Part shown: in pieces, positions 1 through 7,832 of the stretch | Layout of the letters: each line of letters starts with the position of its first letter | Position numbering within the stretch: position 1 is the stretch's first letter | Virus record (IMG/VR): IMGVR_UViG_3300037440_000281 | Coordinates: 1 to 39,171 of that record | Reading direction: 5' to 3' (one strand) | From: a virus | Lineage: Duplodnaviria; Caudoviricetes | Length of the DNA: 39,171 nucleotides | Translations under genes and position numbers: made by a program | Notes under the pieces: model-generated | What the model saw: the letters and a program-made list of their open reading frames with translations, nothing else | Database searches by the model: none | Told to the model about the DNA's origin: nothing

Positions 1-80
1 TGCTCTAAACGCCAACGCTTCATGTAGGCTCGATTCCTTGCTCTTTTCCGTTCAAGCAATTCTTCAGGCGTTAACTTCAT
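1..80 (-). CDS. Partial small basic protein (MKLTPEELLERKRARNRAYMKRWR...), runs off the window edge
   Basis: ATG at 80, 6 nt downstream of a promoter-like -10 box; frame open to the window edge. Confidence 0.55.
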   Translation of the reverse strand, partial: MKLTPEELLERKRARNRAYMKRWRLE

Positions 81-86
81 TAGTCA

Positions 87-114
87 AATTTGTCACACTT
101 CGGCCACAAGTCAA
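87..114 (-). promoter_or_regulatory. Sigma70-like promoter TTGACT-N16-CAAATT, probably leaderless
   Basis: Same layout as the promoters at 2768 and 24740; overlaps the palindrome GACAAATTTGAC. Confidence 0.5.
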
Positions 115-338
115 TCAGGCTCGCCACTTCTACGAGGCCAGTTGTCTGGACGCAACCGATACACCGCGCCGGCCGCTACTTCGTCATGCACCGCCTCGAA
201 TGCGTAGCCGCCACAGTAGAAGTTGACTTCCCAGCCTTTCTTGCGCTTGGCCGCGGCCAGCGCACTCAGATTAGCTCGGGTCGCGTCCTCGTTAATAACT
301 GACTTCATTCCGTCGTAAGAATATTTGACCAAGATCAT
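111..338 (-). CDS. Hypothetical early phage protein
   Basis: ATG 338 overlaps the upstream stop (ATGA coupling). Confidence 0.6.
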   Translation of the reverse strand: MILVKYSYDGMKSVINEDATRANLSALAAAKRKKGWEVNFYCGGYAFEAVHDEVAAGAVYRLRPDNWPRRSGEPD

Positions 339-505
339 ACTGGTTTGAATTTCGCGCCGCCGCGTTTGAGAATGACCATGCACGCGCCACAGATGACGAA
401 CGTCTTTTTTTCCTTCTCAGACCCGTTTACGCCGTAACGCTTCAGGATTTCGCCAGAACAGAAGTTCGTCCGCGCCTCGCACTTTAATTTGGTTTGCTTT
501 GGCAT
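335..505 (-). CDS. 56-aa Cys-containing protein (MPKQTKLKCEARTNFC...ICGACM), possible zinc finger; absent from the ORF track
   Basis: Translated by hand; coupled to the next gene. Confidence 0.6.
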   Translation of the reverse strand: MPKQTKLKCEARTNFCSGEILKRYGVNGSEKEKKTFVICGACMVILKRGGAKFKPV

Positions 506-508
506 AGT

Positions 509-688
509 TCAGTCTCCGTCTGTTCCGCCACTACCCCGTTCATCCTCTCCGTAGTCCAAAGCGGCCTGTAGCCGGTCCAGCGCTCTTTGCAGCCTACTCC
601 TGACGCCTTGGCCCAGTGACCGCAGCGCCAGCACTTCCTCGACCTCACGCTTGCCGTCGCTGACCAGTTTCATTTCGTCGCCGTTCAT
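509..688 (-). CDS. 59-aa hypothetical protein (MNGDEMKLVSDGK...)
   Basis: Translated by hand; ATGA overlap with the upstream gene. Confidence 0.5.
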   Translation of the reverse strand: MNGDEMKLVSDGKREVEEVLALRSLGQGVRSRLQRALDRLQAALDYGEDERGSGGTDGD

Positions 689-912
689 TCGACTTCCTGT
701 GCCGTCAGCTTGTAGTCATGACTCATCTGCCGATACTGCTTCGCCATATCAAGATAGAACGCCGCAGAATCAGCAGGCGTTTTGGACAATGGCGGCAGCG
801 CGTCGGTATGCAAGCTTGCCCGGCATGACATCGCGTGCGACCTCATCTCAAGACGGCAAGCCTTGGCCATCGCAAGAAGCTGTTCTCTCCGAAGTTCAGA
901 AAGCGATTTCAT
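685..912 (-). CDS. Hypothetical protein (MKSLSELRREQ...)
   Basis: ATGA coupling at both ends. Confidence 0.6.
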   Translation of the reverse strand: MKSLSELRREQLLAMAKACRLEMRSHAMSCRASLHTDALPPLSKTPADSAAFYLDMAKQYRQMSHDYKLTAQEVE

Positions 913-1115
913 AACGCACAGCAGATCAAGATTTGCTCCGCGCCGTAAACCATGTTGCTGCCGCACGCCTCACAGGTGTATTTCTCCGCGTCAGGCTCGC
1001 ACCCGTCAGCCTCCTGTCCGCACGACAAACAGAAGCCTACGTTCTCACAGTCACTCATGGCCCGCTCCACACCGGCCATCACGGTTTCGATAGTTAGATT
1101 CGGTGGTAGTTTCAT
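909..1115 (-). CDS. Zinc-ribbon protein
   Basis: GFCLSCG...EPDA..YTCEACG, two CxxC pairs. Confidence 0.75.
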   Translation of the reverse strand: MKLPPNLTIETVMAGVERAMSDCENVGFCLSCGQEADGCEPDAEKYTCEACGSNMVYGAEQILICCAL

Positions 1116-1127
1116 TTCTTTGAAGGT

Positions 1128-1198
1128 TGGCGCGGGCCGCTCGCACGACCCGCGCCTTGGTTGCCTGTCCGGTTTGAACAGAACAGTATCAGGCAACC
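1128..1198 (-). ncRNA. Two intergenic hairpins; the first loop shows CUGUUCUGUUCA, the second has a GCGA tetraloop
   Basis: 9-bp stem GGTTGCCTG/CAGGCAACC (1159-1198) and a 12-bp GC-rich stem. Confidence 0.5.
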
Positions 1199-1205
1199 GT
1201 AAGCA

Positions 1206-1499
1206 TTAGTTTCCAGTCATCTGAATCTGATTCTTGTCCACCAGCGTATAGCCTTTCAACTCCATGCACTGCCGAAACAGCCGCACCTGCTTCAACCCGA
1301 TGTCCAGCCCAGACCCGAATCCGGTCTGATACCCAGCCCCGGCGCCAGTGCTGTACTTCTCCGCTTCATACTGGCACTCCTTGAAGTCGTGTTCCGCCTC
1401 AGCCTGGGTTTTGCCGGGGTGATACCAGACACGGTTCGTCGTAGCGCAGCCGGTCAACACCAGCACCGTCAGCAGCATTATCATCGTTGCAATTTTCAT
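1206..1499 (-). CDS. Lipoprotein, possibly superinfection-exclusion type
   Basis: Signal peptide with lipobox LTGC; 'D..EC...A' and 'CM..KGY' motifs. Confidence 0.75.
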   Translation of the reverse strand: MKIATMIMLLTVLVLTGCATTNRVWYHPGKTQAEAEHDFKECQYEAEKYSTGAGAGYQTGFGSGLDIGLKQVRLFRQCMELKGYTLVDKNQIQMTGN

Positions 1500-1535
1500 T
1501 CTGTTTACCTTGGTTTGCTTTATTCGTTTCGCAGT

Positions 1536-2579
1536 TTAGTTCAGACCGAAGTCAGTCGGCTTCAGTTCGAGCACGTAGCTCCCGGCGCGTTCGAGTTCAA
1601 TCGCCCGGTCGTAGTCATCCGAATCTTCGGCAGTGCGAGTCACCGCATTTGCAAGACCCCACAACGACAGATCAGAGCCGCTGGCCAGATGCGTCAGGAC
1701 GCTCTTGGACTCGCCTTCGGTCAGTTCCAACTTCCGGGTAACGACCTCCACCGCGTCAACCGGATTGCCGACCTGCTTGTCAGCCGCCAGCCGCAGTTTC
1801 GCCACTGTCTCGTCAAACCGAAGCTGACTCAGTGAGGCATCCGTCACGTCGCAGACCTTGGCCCAGAATGCCTTGTCATCAAGTTGCCGGGTCTTGTCAC
1901 TGAACATCTCGAATGAATCGTCGCCGTCCACACTGCCCTCGCCAGCGCGGCCCACATGGTTCTTTCGCAGACTGCTGGCGCTTATCATTCCGTTCAGACA
2001 GGCCAGCCGGTAAATCAGCGGCTCGATTTTGATTGCACCGCAACCGACTTCCGAGTTCGTGATGACGATGCCCGCTTGAACCACGTCACCTTTCTTGACC
2101 TCGCCACTGACCCGCTCCGTCACGGCCTGAATGTAGAACCGGCGCTCTGTCATCTCGCACGATTTCACCACGCACCCAGACGCGGAGAGTTTCGGCAGAA
2201 TGACTTCGGCAAGATCGTAGTTGTCCAGCGGCCGATACCGTTCACTCAGGAAAGCACGGGCGACTTTGCCGCCGTTGTCCAGCGTGCGTACCAGACGCTT
2301 TTCTGGGTTGGCGTCAAACCAGTGGTTCACGTTCCGTGACAGAAGCGCCGGCGCCTCAGTCCTCATTCGCTCGGCGTACTTCGCCGGGATGCCAGTGCGA
2401 CCAGCGACTTGTTCCAGACACAGCTTCGTTGGTTTGAAGCTCCGTCCGATCTCGCCAACCGTAAACGTCCCGTCTTCCTCCAGACGCAACTTCCGGGTAT
2501 CGGCAACAAAATCCCGCTTGGACTTTGACTCGGTAAGGATTCGCTCTGCGAGGTCTGCTAATGGTGTTCCAATCTTCAT
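1536..2579 (-). CDS. DUF932/DUF945-family phage/plasmid protein
   Basis: RAFLSERYRPLDN, NSEVG.G, YRLACLNGMI and LWGLANAVT motifs. Confidence 0.85.
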   Translation of the reverse strand: MKIGTPLADLAERILTESKSKRDFVADTRKLRLEEDGTFTVGEIGRSFKPTKLCLEQVAGRTGIPAKYAERMRTEAPALLSRNVNHWFDANPEKRLVRTLDNGGKVARAFLSERYRPLDNYDLAEVILPKLSASGCVVKSCEMTERRFYIQAVTERVSGEVKKGDVVQAGIVITNSEVGCGAIKIEPLIYRLACLNGMISASSLRKNHVGRAGEGSVDGDDSFEMFSDKTRQLDDKAFWAKVCDVTDASLSQLRFDETVAKLRLAADKQVGNPVDAVEVVTRKLELTEGESKSVLTHLASGSDLSLWGLANAVTRTAEDSDDYDRAIELERAGSYVLELKPTDFGLN

Positions 2580-2761
2580 CTGTTCTTTTGTTCTGCTGGA
2601 TTCCCGCCAGCACGGTTTGTTTGAGACGAGTTCACCGTCGCCTCTGCGGTTTTGCTACCAGCAACCAACGGTCGCACCGTAGCCAAATTGAGTAATCTCA
2701 GAATCTCTAATGCGTCCTCATTGTTCGGGACTGAAGGCAGTTTCGATTCTGTTCTGTTCAT
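2576..2761 (-). CDS. Leaderless 61-aa ORF (MNRTES...), possibly a regulatory leader peptide
   Basis: ATG 6 nt after the -10 box; stop overlaps the DUF932 ATG. Confidence 0.5.
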   Translation of the reverse strand: MNRTESKLPSVPNNEDALEILRLLNLATVRPLVAGSKTAEATVNSSQTNRAGGNPAEQKNR

Positions 2762-2767
2762 GTGACA

Positions 2768-2795
2768 AACTTATCAGGTTATCGTTTCTTGTCAA
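2768..2795 (-). promoter_or_regulatory. Promoter TTGACA-N16-TAAGTT with TGn extension
   Basis: Consensus -35; overlaps the operator-like GACAAACTTATC. Confidence 0.65.
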
Positions 2796-3024
2796 CCATC
2801 AAATACCACTCGCGCCGGCCATACTCGGTCAGCGCGGCCTTGACCAGTTCCGCCGCCGTCTGGTCTGGCTCGCTGTTCAAATAAACCACCGTCAGTCCAG
2901 TCACCGCCAGTTGCCTGACTGCCGCGGGCCGACTCCAAAACGACCGTTGCCTGAATGCCTTGCGGAACTCAGCCAACTCGGTCAGCAGTTGGCCACGATC
3001 AAAGGCTGTAGTTCGTGCGCTCAT
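2779..3024 (-). CDS. Hypothetical protein
   Basis: ORF within the minus-strand gene chain. Confidence 0.55.
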   Translation of the reverse strand: MSARTTAFDRGQLLTELAEFRKAFRQRSFWSRPAAVRQLAVTGLTVVYLNSEPDQTAAELVKAALTEYGRREWYLMVDKKR

Positions 3025-3274
3025 TGGTCAGTCCCATTCGGCTGTAGGCCGTGTTGTAAGGTCGCATCCCGTCAGCCATCCGTTGTAGCGCCAGTTCCGA
3101 CATCCAACGATCTGAGTGCCGCTGGCAGATGCCGTGGCTGATGGCCAGACCCTTCAAGTCCGGGAACAAGCTCAAGATTGAATCACCGGGGAAGCACCAC
3201 ATGCAGACCGTCACGGTGTTGCCGACAATTTTGTATGGCTCGATTATGCTCACTGTTTGTTCTGTTCTGTTCAT
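2999..3274 (-). CDS. Small Cys/His protein (VCMWC...ISHGIC..H)
   Basis: CxxC plus SHGIC motif, common in small phage zinc-binding proteins; start uncertain. Confidence 0.65.
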   Translation of the reverse strand: MNRTEQTVSIIEPYKIVGNTVTVCMWCFPGDSILSLFPDLKGLAISHGICQRHSDRWMSELALQRMADGMRPYNTAYSRMGLTNERTNYSL

Positions 3275-3318
3275 GCCATCCATTTAGCCGCTTCCGTGCC
3301 ACCGGGGTTTTACCGGGT

Positions 3319-3525
3319 TTAGCCCAGTGGTTTGTCCGGTAGTGAGGCAATGGTGTCCACGTCCTTAGACAACCTGCGCCGCCGCTCAACCGCAATAGCC
3401 ACCTCTGCCGCACCTTTGGAATTGAACTCGGCTTTAATGACTGACCCGTTCTCCACTGCTCGCCAGACTTCCTCGCCGCCGTAGTTCTCAACCCATGCCT
3501 GATCTTTTATTTGGAGTGTTTTCAT
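3319..3525 (-). CDS. Hypothetical protein
   Basis: ATGA-coupled to the HNH-AP2 gene. Confidence 0.55.
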   Translation of the reverse strand: MKTLQIKDQAWVENYGGEEVWRAVENGSVIKAEFNSKGAAEVAIAVERRRRLSKDVDTIASLPDKPLG

Positions 3526-3953
3526 AAATAGCCAAGTTCCTTCCGCTTTTGTCTGGCAACTCTGATTGCATCACTTCGTTTCTTGAAAAGACCCAAGTAT
3601 ATGTTTTTGCCGTTGTAACCTGCGGTGGCTTGCCACCTACCGCATTTGTGGAGCGTCGTTCCTCTAGTCTTAGTGAATTGACGATGTTGTGAACTTTCTA
3701 CCGGGGTCAATAAACGGATGTTTCGACGCGTGCAATCCATTTTGTCAAAGTTCCTATGGTCGGACAGTTGCCACCGCGTCAGGACAATCCCAAGTTTTCG
3801 AGACAGAACAATCCGTTGTGCGAATTCACAAACTATCTTGCCTTTACCTTTAAGCCAGACGTTCCTTCGTGCATATCCCAACTTAGTCAGATACCATGTA
3901 GAGTCGTTTAGGTCTGAGTCCACCTTAGAAAATTTCGGATGACAGATTGGCAT
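3522..3953 (-). CDS. HNH-AP2 homing endonuclease-like protein
   Basis: DHRNFDKMDCTRRNIR (HNH_3-like, degenerate) followed by AP2-like RG...GRWQA......IYLGLF; visibly AT-richer than its flanks. Confidence 0.8.
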   Translation of the reverse strand: MPICHPKFSKVDSDLNDSTWYLTKLGYARRNVWLKGKGKIVCEFAQRIVLSRKLGIVLTRWQLSDHRNFDKMDCTRRNIRLLTPVESSQHRQFTKTRGTTLHKCGRWQATAGYNGKNIYLGLFKKRSDAIRVARQKRKELGYL

Positions 3954-4126
3954 TAGATGTCTATCGAAAGTTCCGCCAGTTTGTAGCCGAGCCGCCTTGC
4001 AATCCGTCTGGCCTGCCATAGCCGCTTCCGGCCAGTCTCGCGGGCATCCGGGTCAGCCTTCACTTGCAGATTCTTGCCCTCTGCAACCTGACTGCGCACG
4101 TAGTTAATGGATTCTGCTAGTGTCAT
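3953..4126 (-). CDS. 57-aa hypothetical protein (MTLAESINYVRSQ...); absent from the ORF track
   Basis: Translated by hand; ATGA and TAATG couplings. Confidence 0.6.
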   Translation of the reverse strand: MTLAESINYVRSQVAEGKNLQVKADPDARETGRKRLWQARRIARRLGYKLAELSIDI

Positions 4127-4317
4127 ATCACGACCTCAATCCAGCAGCCTGTCATCCAGCCCTGACGCTGTTGCTGCCGGTCAATCCACAGTTTACCAAG
4201 CTGGCCTTGAATCTCGCTGAACGAACACCATCGCCGATAGCCAGCGGCATCCTCCAGCCATGCGCCGCCCGGCAGTGCCCAAGTAAAATTGAATCGTTTG
4301 ATTGCAGCCCAGTTCAT
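4123..4317 (-). CDS. Hypothetical protein (MNWAAIKRF...)
   Basis: ATGA coupling at both ends. Confidence 0.55.
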   Translation of the reverse strand: MNWAAIKRFNFTWALPGGAWLEDAAGYRRWCSFSEIQGQLGKLWIDRQQQRQGWMTGCWIEVVI

Positions 4318-4475
4318 GCTTGCCTCATTTCCTTGGCCAGCCGAATGAGTTTCTGGCCACTGACGCACCCGGCAAGGCACCGCTCGATTTCTGCGTCACT
4401 CCAATCCTTCGCACCCTCAGCCGCCATGCGTGCGCGGATGGCCGGCCCATACCGCTCGATCAAGTCTTGATTCAT
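4314..4475 (-). CDS. 53-aa hypothetical protein (MNQDLIERYG...)
   Basis: Translated by hand; coupled at both ends. Confidence 0.55.
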   Translation of the reverse strand: MNQDLIERYGPAIRARMAAEGAKDWSDAEIERCLAGCVSGQKLIRLAKEMRQA

Positions 4476-4621
4476 TCTGATTTCCTTTCGTCAGCCTCCC
4501 GGTCAACCGCTTGGTCGTGCCAGCGGTCAGCCCGTTCCGCCTCGATCTCCTGCTGCCGGTCGGCGTCAGCCTCATTCTCCCACGGCATCGGCTCGCTGAA
4601 TCGGTCTAGGTTCGCTTTCAT
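4472..4621 (-). CDS. 49-aa acidic protein (MKANLDRF...)
   Basis: ATGA coupling; D/E-rich. Confidence 0.55.
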   Translation of the reverse strand: MKANLDRFSEPMPWENEADADRQQEIEAERADRWHDQAVDREADERKSE

Positions 4622-4743
4622 GGCCAGAGTCCTATGCAGATGCTCGCCCAGATCACGCAGTAAGAGATTAGTGCGACAACCCGGAGCTTCCAAGTCAGTT
4701 CCTCGAACCACTCGGCGGTGCGGTCTATGATGAATGTTTTCAT
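4618..4743 (-). CDS. 41-aa single-TM protein (MKTFIIDRTAEW...)
   Basis: First ATG after the promoter at 4770; hydrophobic C-terminal half. Confidence 0.55.
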   Translation of the reverse strand: MKTFIIDRTAEWFEELTWKLRVVALISYCVIWASICIGLWP

Positions 4744-4769
4744 GTTCTGTTCTGTTCTTACTACACCTT

Positions 4770-4797
4770 ACAGTAACAGGCCACGGCCTGCCGTCAA
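4770..4797 (-). promoter_or_regulatory. Early promoter TTGACG-N16-TACTGT (TGn), with a palindromic spacer
   Basis: Heads the small-gene operon; operator-like TACAAATTTGTC at 4809-4820. Confidence 0.6.
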
Positions 4798-5091
4798 CCT
4801 CATTTTCATACAAATTTGTCTCTGTAGTCTAACCAGTTGGAATGCCAGTGACGCCAGCTTCCATGCCACTTCTGGACCTCGCCAGCATGGCTGACCAATT
4901 ATCTCGCAGACCGCGTGCCACAATGACGGTCAACAGCGGAATTCTAGGCCTCTCACGTTCGATTTGCGGCGTTTTGAGCCAAAAATAATCTCTCATTTTT
5001 GCCAACAAATTTGATACAACCGCCTTGGTCAATATGTCCACAACCCCCGAAAATCGGACGCGCCTACGGGCCTCCAGACGCGATTGCGGGC

Positions 5092-5556
5092 CTATCGTTC
5101 CTTGTAGAAAATTGCGGTTTTTACAGCCCTAGCCGTAGCCGCAGTCAGTAAGTCATCCGGCTCACAGAAAAGCAGACGCCAACCCAGTCCCGCAGCAAGA
5201 TTCAGCTTTTCCCATTCTCGCTTGAGTAGCACTCCGCGCACATGACCACCCCGATTCCAGATGCCGCCTTGGACTTCCATCGCAACTCTTGAATCAAGCC
5301 AAGCCAGATCAAAACGAAACAGACGGCTTTCACAGAAGTAGAACTCAAAGCAAGGCTCTGGTATCTGGTAGCTCGCAAAGAACGCCTTAACGATCTCCAC
5401 GTTATACGCAAGATGCTTTGTGTCAGCCACAGGCTGCGTCAGTGGCTTGGCAGTTTGTGACTCTGGATTGTGTAGCTTTCTCTCACGTCCAGCAACTACA
5501 CGGCGAACCATGCCCTCAAAGTCTTTTCGATCTATGCCCATTAGTCGCCGTTCCAC
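5092..5556 (-). CDS. PD-(D/E)xK / Vsr-DUF559-like endonuclease
   Basis: EF.F...R.FRFDLAW...VAMEVQGGIW..GGHVRG...EK.N.A...GW. Confidence 0.8.
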   Translation of the reverse strand: MERRLMGIDRKDFEGMVRRVVAGRERKLHNPESQTAKPLTQPVADTKHLAYNVEIVKAFFASYQIPEPCFEFYFCESRLFRFDLAWLDSRVAMEVQGGIWNRGGHVRGVLLKREWEKLNLAAGLGWRLLFCEPDDLLTAATARAVKTAIFYKER

Positions 5557-5852
5557 TTCCTCGATTTGATGATTGAACTCAGGACCTCTACCTTTGCATG
5601 CAATGCACGTTCCGTTTCGATTCTGTCACCGATGCTCCGCAGTGCGTGTGATATGTTCGCCTCGCTAAATCCGTAGCGGTCAGCAATGACACACTGTTCC
5701 AAGTGAAGGCTGTCAATCAGCATCCGCCACATGACACTACGGATGACGAACCGCTTATCTTCCCGACCGCGTGACTTGATGTAATCCACAGGCACGCCAA
5801 AATGCTTGGCGCAAATGTCCTCAATCGTTTCGATCTTTTGGTCTGTTTTCAT
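5541..5852 (-). CDS. DnaA C-terminal-like HTH DNA-binding protein
   Basis: IEDICAKHFGV....IKSRGR....V.R...M...IA..YG....ISHA pattern resembling Bac_DnaA_C. Confidence 0.7.
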   Translation of the reverse strand: MKTDQKIETIEDICAKHFGVPVDYIKSRGREDKRFVIRSVMWRMLIDSLHLEQCVIADRYGFSEANISHALRSIGDRIETERALHAKVEVLSSIIKSRKWNGD

Positions 5853-6358
5853 TTCTGTTCTGGATACGGTTTATGCCAGTCGCCGCGGCCTGCAAGCCAG
5901 CCATACTTTCTTGCCTCGTCACGATTCGCATCGATCCACCGATGGCCTTCATCTGATACCCCCATGAATCCGCGCCGGTCGTAAAGCAACGGCCCAAGCC
6001 GGCCGCGTATGTGATGCGGGCATTGGGTTATCGGAACCCTCTTTCTGAAAATGGTAAGCATGACTGCGCATGATTGGCCTTCAACTTCCGACCACCATTG
6101 CCGTTTGACCCGGTTGTAAACCTTCAGCCTCTCCCGTTGCCGAATCGAAAGCGGCGATAGTCTCTTGAACGCCTTCGGTCCTAGCGATTTCGAGTATCGC
6201 TTTGTTGAACTTTTCCCGCGCCGCCCTGCGTTGCGGGAAATTGACTGCCTGCCTTTTGGCCAGTTCGTATTCAGCGGATGCGTTCCTGATTTTGTTGCGG
6301 ACGCGCCATCTCGAATCTGCACCCAGAGCGCCGGCTTTGTCTTTCGTTTCCATTTCAC
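5849..6358 (-). CDS. HNH-like (Ref/NinG-like) nuclease, degenerate; start uncertain
   Basis: HHIRGR...H.WID.N..EA...GWL. Confidence 0.6.
   Translation of the reverse strand: MKWKRKTKPALWVQIRDGASATKSGTHPLNTNWPKGRQSISRNAGRRGKSSTKRYSKSLGPKAFKRLSPLSIRQRERLKVYNRVKRQWWSEVEGQSCAVMLTIFRKRVPITQCPHHIRGRLGPLLYDRRGFMGVSDEGHRWIDANRDEARKYGWLAGRGDWHKPYPEQK
6081..6353 (-). CDS. Hypothetical helical protein overlapping the nuclease ORF
   Basis: ATG just after the upstream stop; natural-looking composition. Confidence 0.45.
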   Translation of the reverse strand: METKDKAGALGADSRWRVRNKIRNASAEYELAKRQAVNFPQRRAAREKFNKAILEIARTEGVQETIAAFDSATGEAEGLQPGQTAMVVGS

Positions 6359-6534
6359 GCCTTTTTGACCTTGTTGTATTCAGCAGTCAACCATTGACTG
6401 TCTGCGCGCCACTTCTGTTTGACGGCTTCCCACGAGGCGTCGGACTGCACCTGATTCTGGTTGTTGGCCGGATAGATGGCGTTCCTCATTTTTCGGAGTT
6501 CCTCGTCGGTGCAAGGCTTGGGTTCAGTGTTCAT
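6355..6534 (-). CDS. 59-aa hypothetical protein (MNTEPKPCTDEELR...)
   Basis: Translated by hand; ATGA-coupled to the methyltransferase. Confidence 0.6.
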   Translation of the reverse strand: MNTEPKPCTDEELRKMRNAIYPANNQNQVQSDASWEAVKQKWRADSQWLTAEYNKVKKA

Positions 6535-7832
6535 GGCTTGACCATACAGGTCACTTGCTCGAAATAAATCTTCACTGCGCCGGGGCGTTTCTCATGAAGC
6601 CTGCGAAAGAACGATTTTCTCTCGCGGACATCCGTGTGCTCGCCGCCTTCCAGCAGGAGATTGGTCCCGCGATTCTCGACCAGCATGGCGTGATGGATGC
6701 AGACGGTCTGGAAGCCGACGGACTCACAGAGGCGGCGCCAGTTACCGTTGAAGTCAACCTCCTGACCCTTGCGGACGAAGTTTTTGCAAATCCAAATCGC
6801 GTGACCTCCAGGCCGCAGCAGCAGGAAGGTCTGCTCGACGATCTGACGTGCCGACTCCCAAAAAGTATTAGGTGCGCTTCGCGTTGTATCTCCGCTGTGC
6901 TTGCAGCTTGGACTCTCGCTTGCATTCTGGTGAACACGCTGGAATTCCTGGGCCGATGTGCTTGAACCCAACTCCGCAGACCGGGCAAACAGTTCGCCGC
7001 TCCCTGTAACGTCGTGGCGTTTTTCCGTGACAGGATACGCACAGTGTTTCGAGATTTTCGATTGCGTTGTCCCAGACTCCACCTGTCTCGCTCTGGTCTT
7101 TTTTGTGATGGACTTGGAGCATGTGAGTTGATCCGCACTTGACGCACTTATGGCCGTCTCTTTTGAGCGCGGCTCGGCGCCGTATCCTTTGACGTTGATG
7201 CCGCCGACCGACGTGTATTGCTGAATGAACGGCGGACTCGATATGGCCGCGCTCAAGTCGCCCTCTTTCATGGCGCCGAGTTGGCCTTCGGATTCACCGT
7301 ATTTCATCTGATGTTTACCGTCCGCCTGACAACCGTTTCTGGTTTCTGATTTCCCCCATCGCTCTGGACGCTTCGCCTTATCCCAGTCAATCCCTGACTG
7401 GCTGCTGTTGATCGAATCGGCGTAAGGCGGACTGGCGATGCTCACGTCCGCCTCGCGCACCAGTTGCGCCAGCTTGCGCGAGTCGCCGTTGAGCCGGGTC
7501 CAGCGGGCGGCTTGAAACGCCGGCCACGCTCCGTAACGACGCTGCCACAGGGCCGCGTTCTCGCCCTGCAAATCGTAAAAAGCTTTTTCCAGTTCGCAGG
7601 AAACCACGTTGATACCTTTCAACAGACACGGCAGGGCGGTGGTGCCGATTCCGCCGAAAGGCTCAAGGCAAGTCTGGCCAGCGCGGAGCCAGCCTTGGTC
7701 GAGGCAATGCTGGACGATGCGGAAGATTAGAGCCTTTGATGCTTTTGCCGGGTGGCTGTAGGCTGCCGGAACAAGGTCGTCGCCCCAGCCTTCGCCATAG
7801 CAGTCAGTCCACTCAGATGTTTCGATATTCAT
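6531..7832 (-). CDS. DNA amino-methyltransferase (N4/N6-type) with a large internal insertion
   Basis: SHPAK, EPFGGIGTT (motif I), SPPY and a second SPPF (motif IV), LLRPGG. Confidence 0.85.
   Translation of the reverse strand: MNIETSEWTDCYGEGWGDDLVPAAYSHPAKASKALIFRIVQHCLDQGWLRAGQTCLEPFGGIGTTALPCLLKGINVVSCELEKAFYDLQGENAALWQRRYGAWPAFQAARWTRLNGDSRKLAQLVREADVSIASPPYADSINSSQSGIDWDKAKRPERWGKSETRNGCQADGKHQMKYGESEGQLGAMKEGDLSAAISSPPFIQQYTSVGGINVKGYGAEPRSKETAISASSADQLTCSKSITKKTRARQVESGTTQSKISKHCAYPVTEKRHDVTGSGELFARSAELGSSTSAQEFQRVHQNASESPSCKHSGDTTRSAPNTFWESARQIVEQTFLLLRPGGHAIWICKNFVRKGQEVDFNGNWRRLCESVGFQTVCIHHAMLVENRGTNLLLEGGEHTDVRERKSFFRRLHEKRPGAVKIYFEQVTCMVKP
6868..7182 (-). CDS. HNH endonuclease domain nested in an alternative frame of the methyltransferase; no canonical start upstream of the domain
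   Basis: Hand extension gives RRRAALKRDGHKCVKCGSTHMLQVHH...NAIENLETLCVSCH...CPVCG..F...ACSPEC. Confidence 0.75.
   Translation of the reverse strand, partial: RRRAALKRDGHKCVKCGSTHMLQVHHKKDQSETGGVWDNAIENLETLCVSCHGKTPRRYRERRTVCPVCGVGFKHIGPGIPACSPECKRESKLQAQRRYNAKRT

Noticed and set aside
6572-7147. Third-frame 191-aa ORF within the methyltransferase
   Set aside because: R/S-rich with no motif; likely a by-product of GC-rich dual coding
6865-7185. Intein or group I intron in the methyltransferase
   Set aside because: No intein C-terminal HN-C/S/T junction, and no room for a ribozyme core outside the HNH coding sequence; not formally excluded
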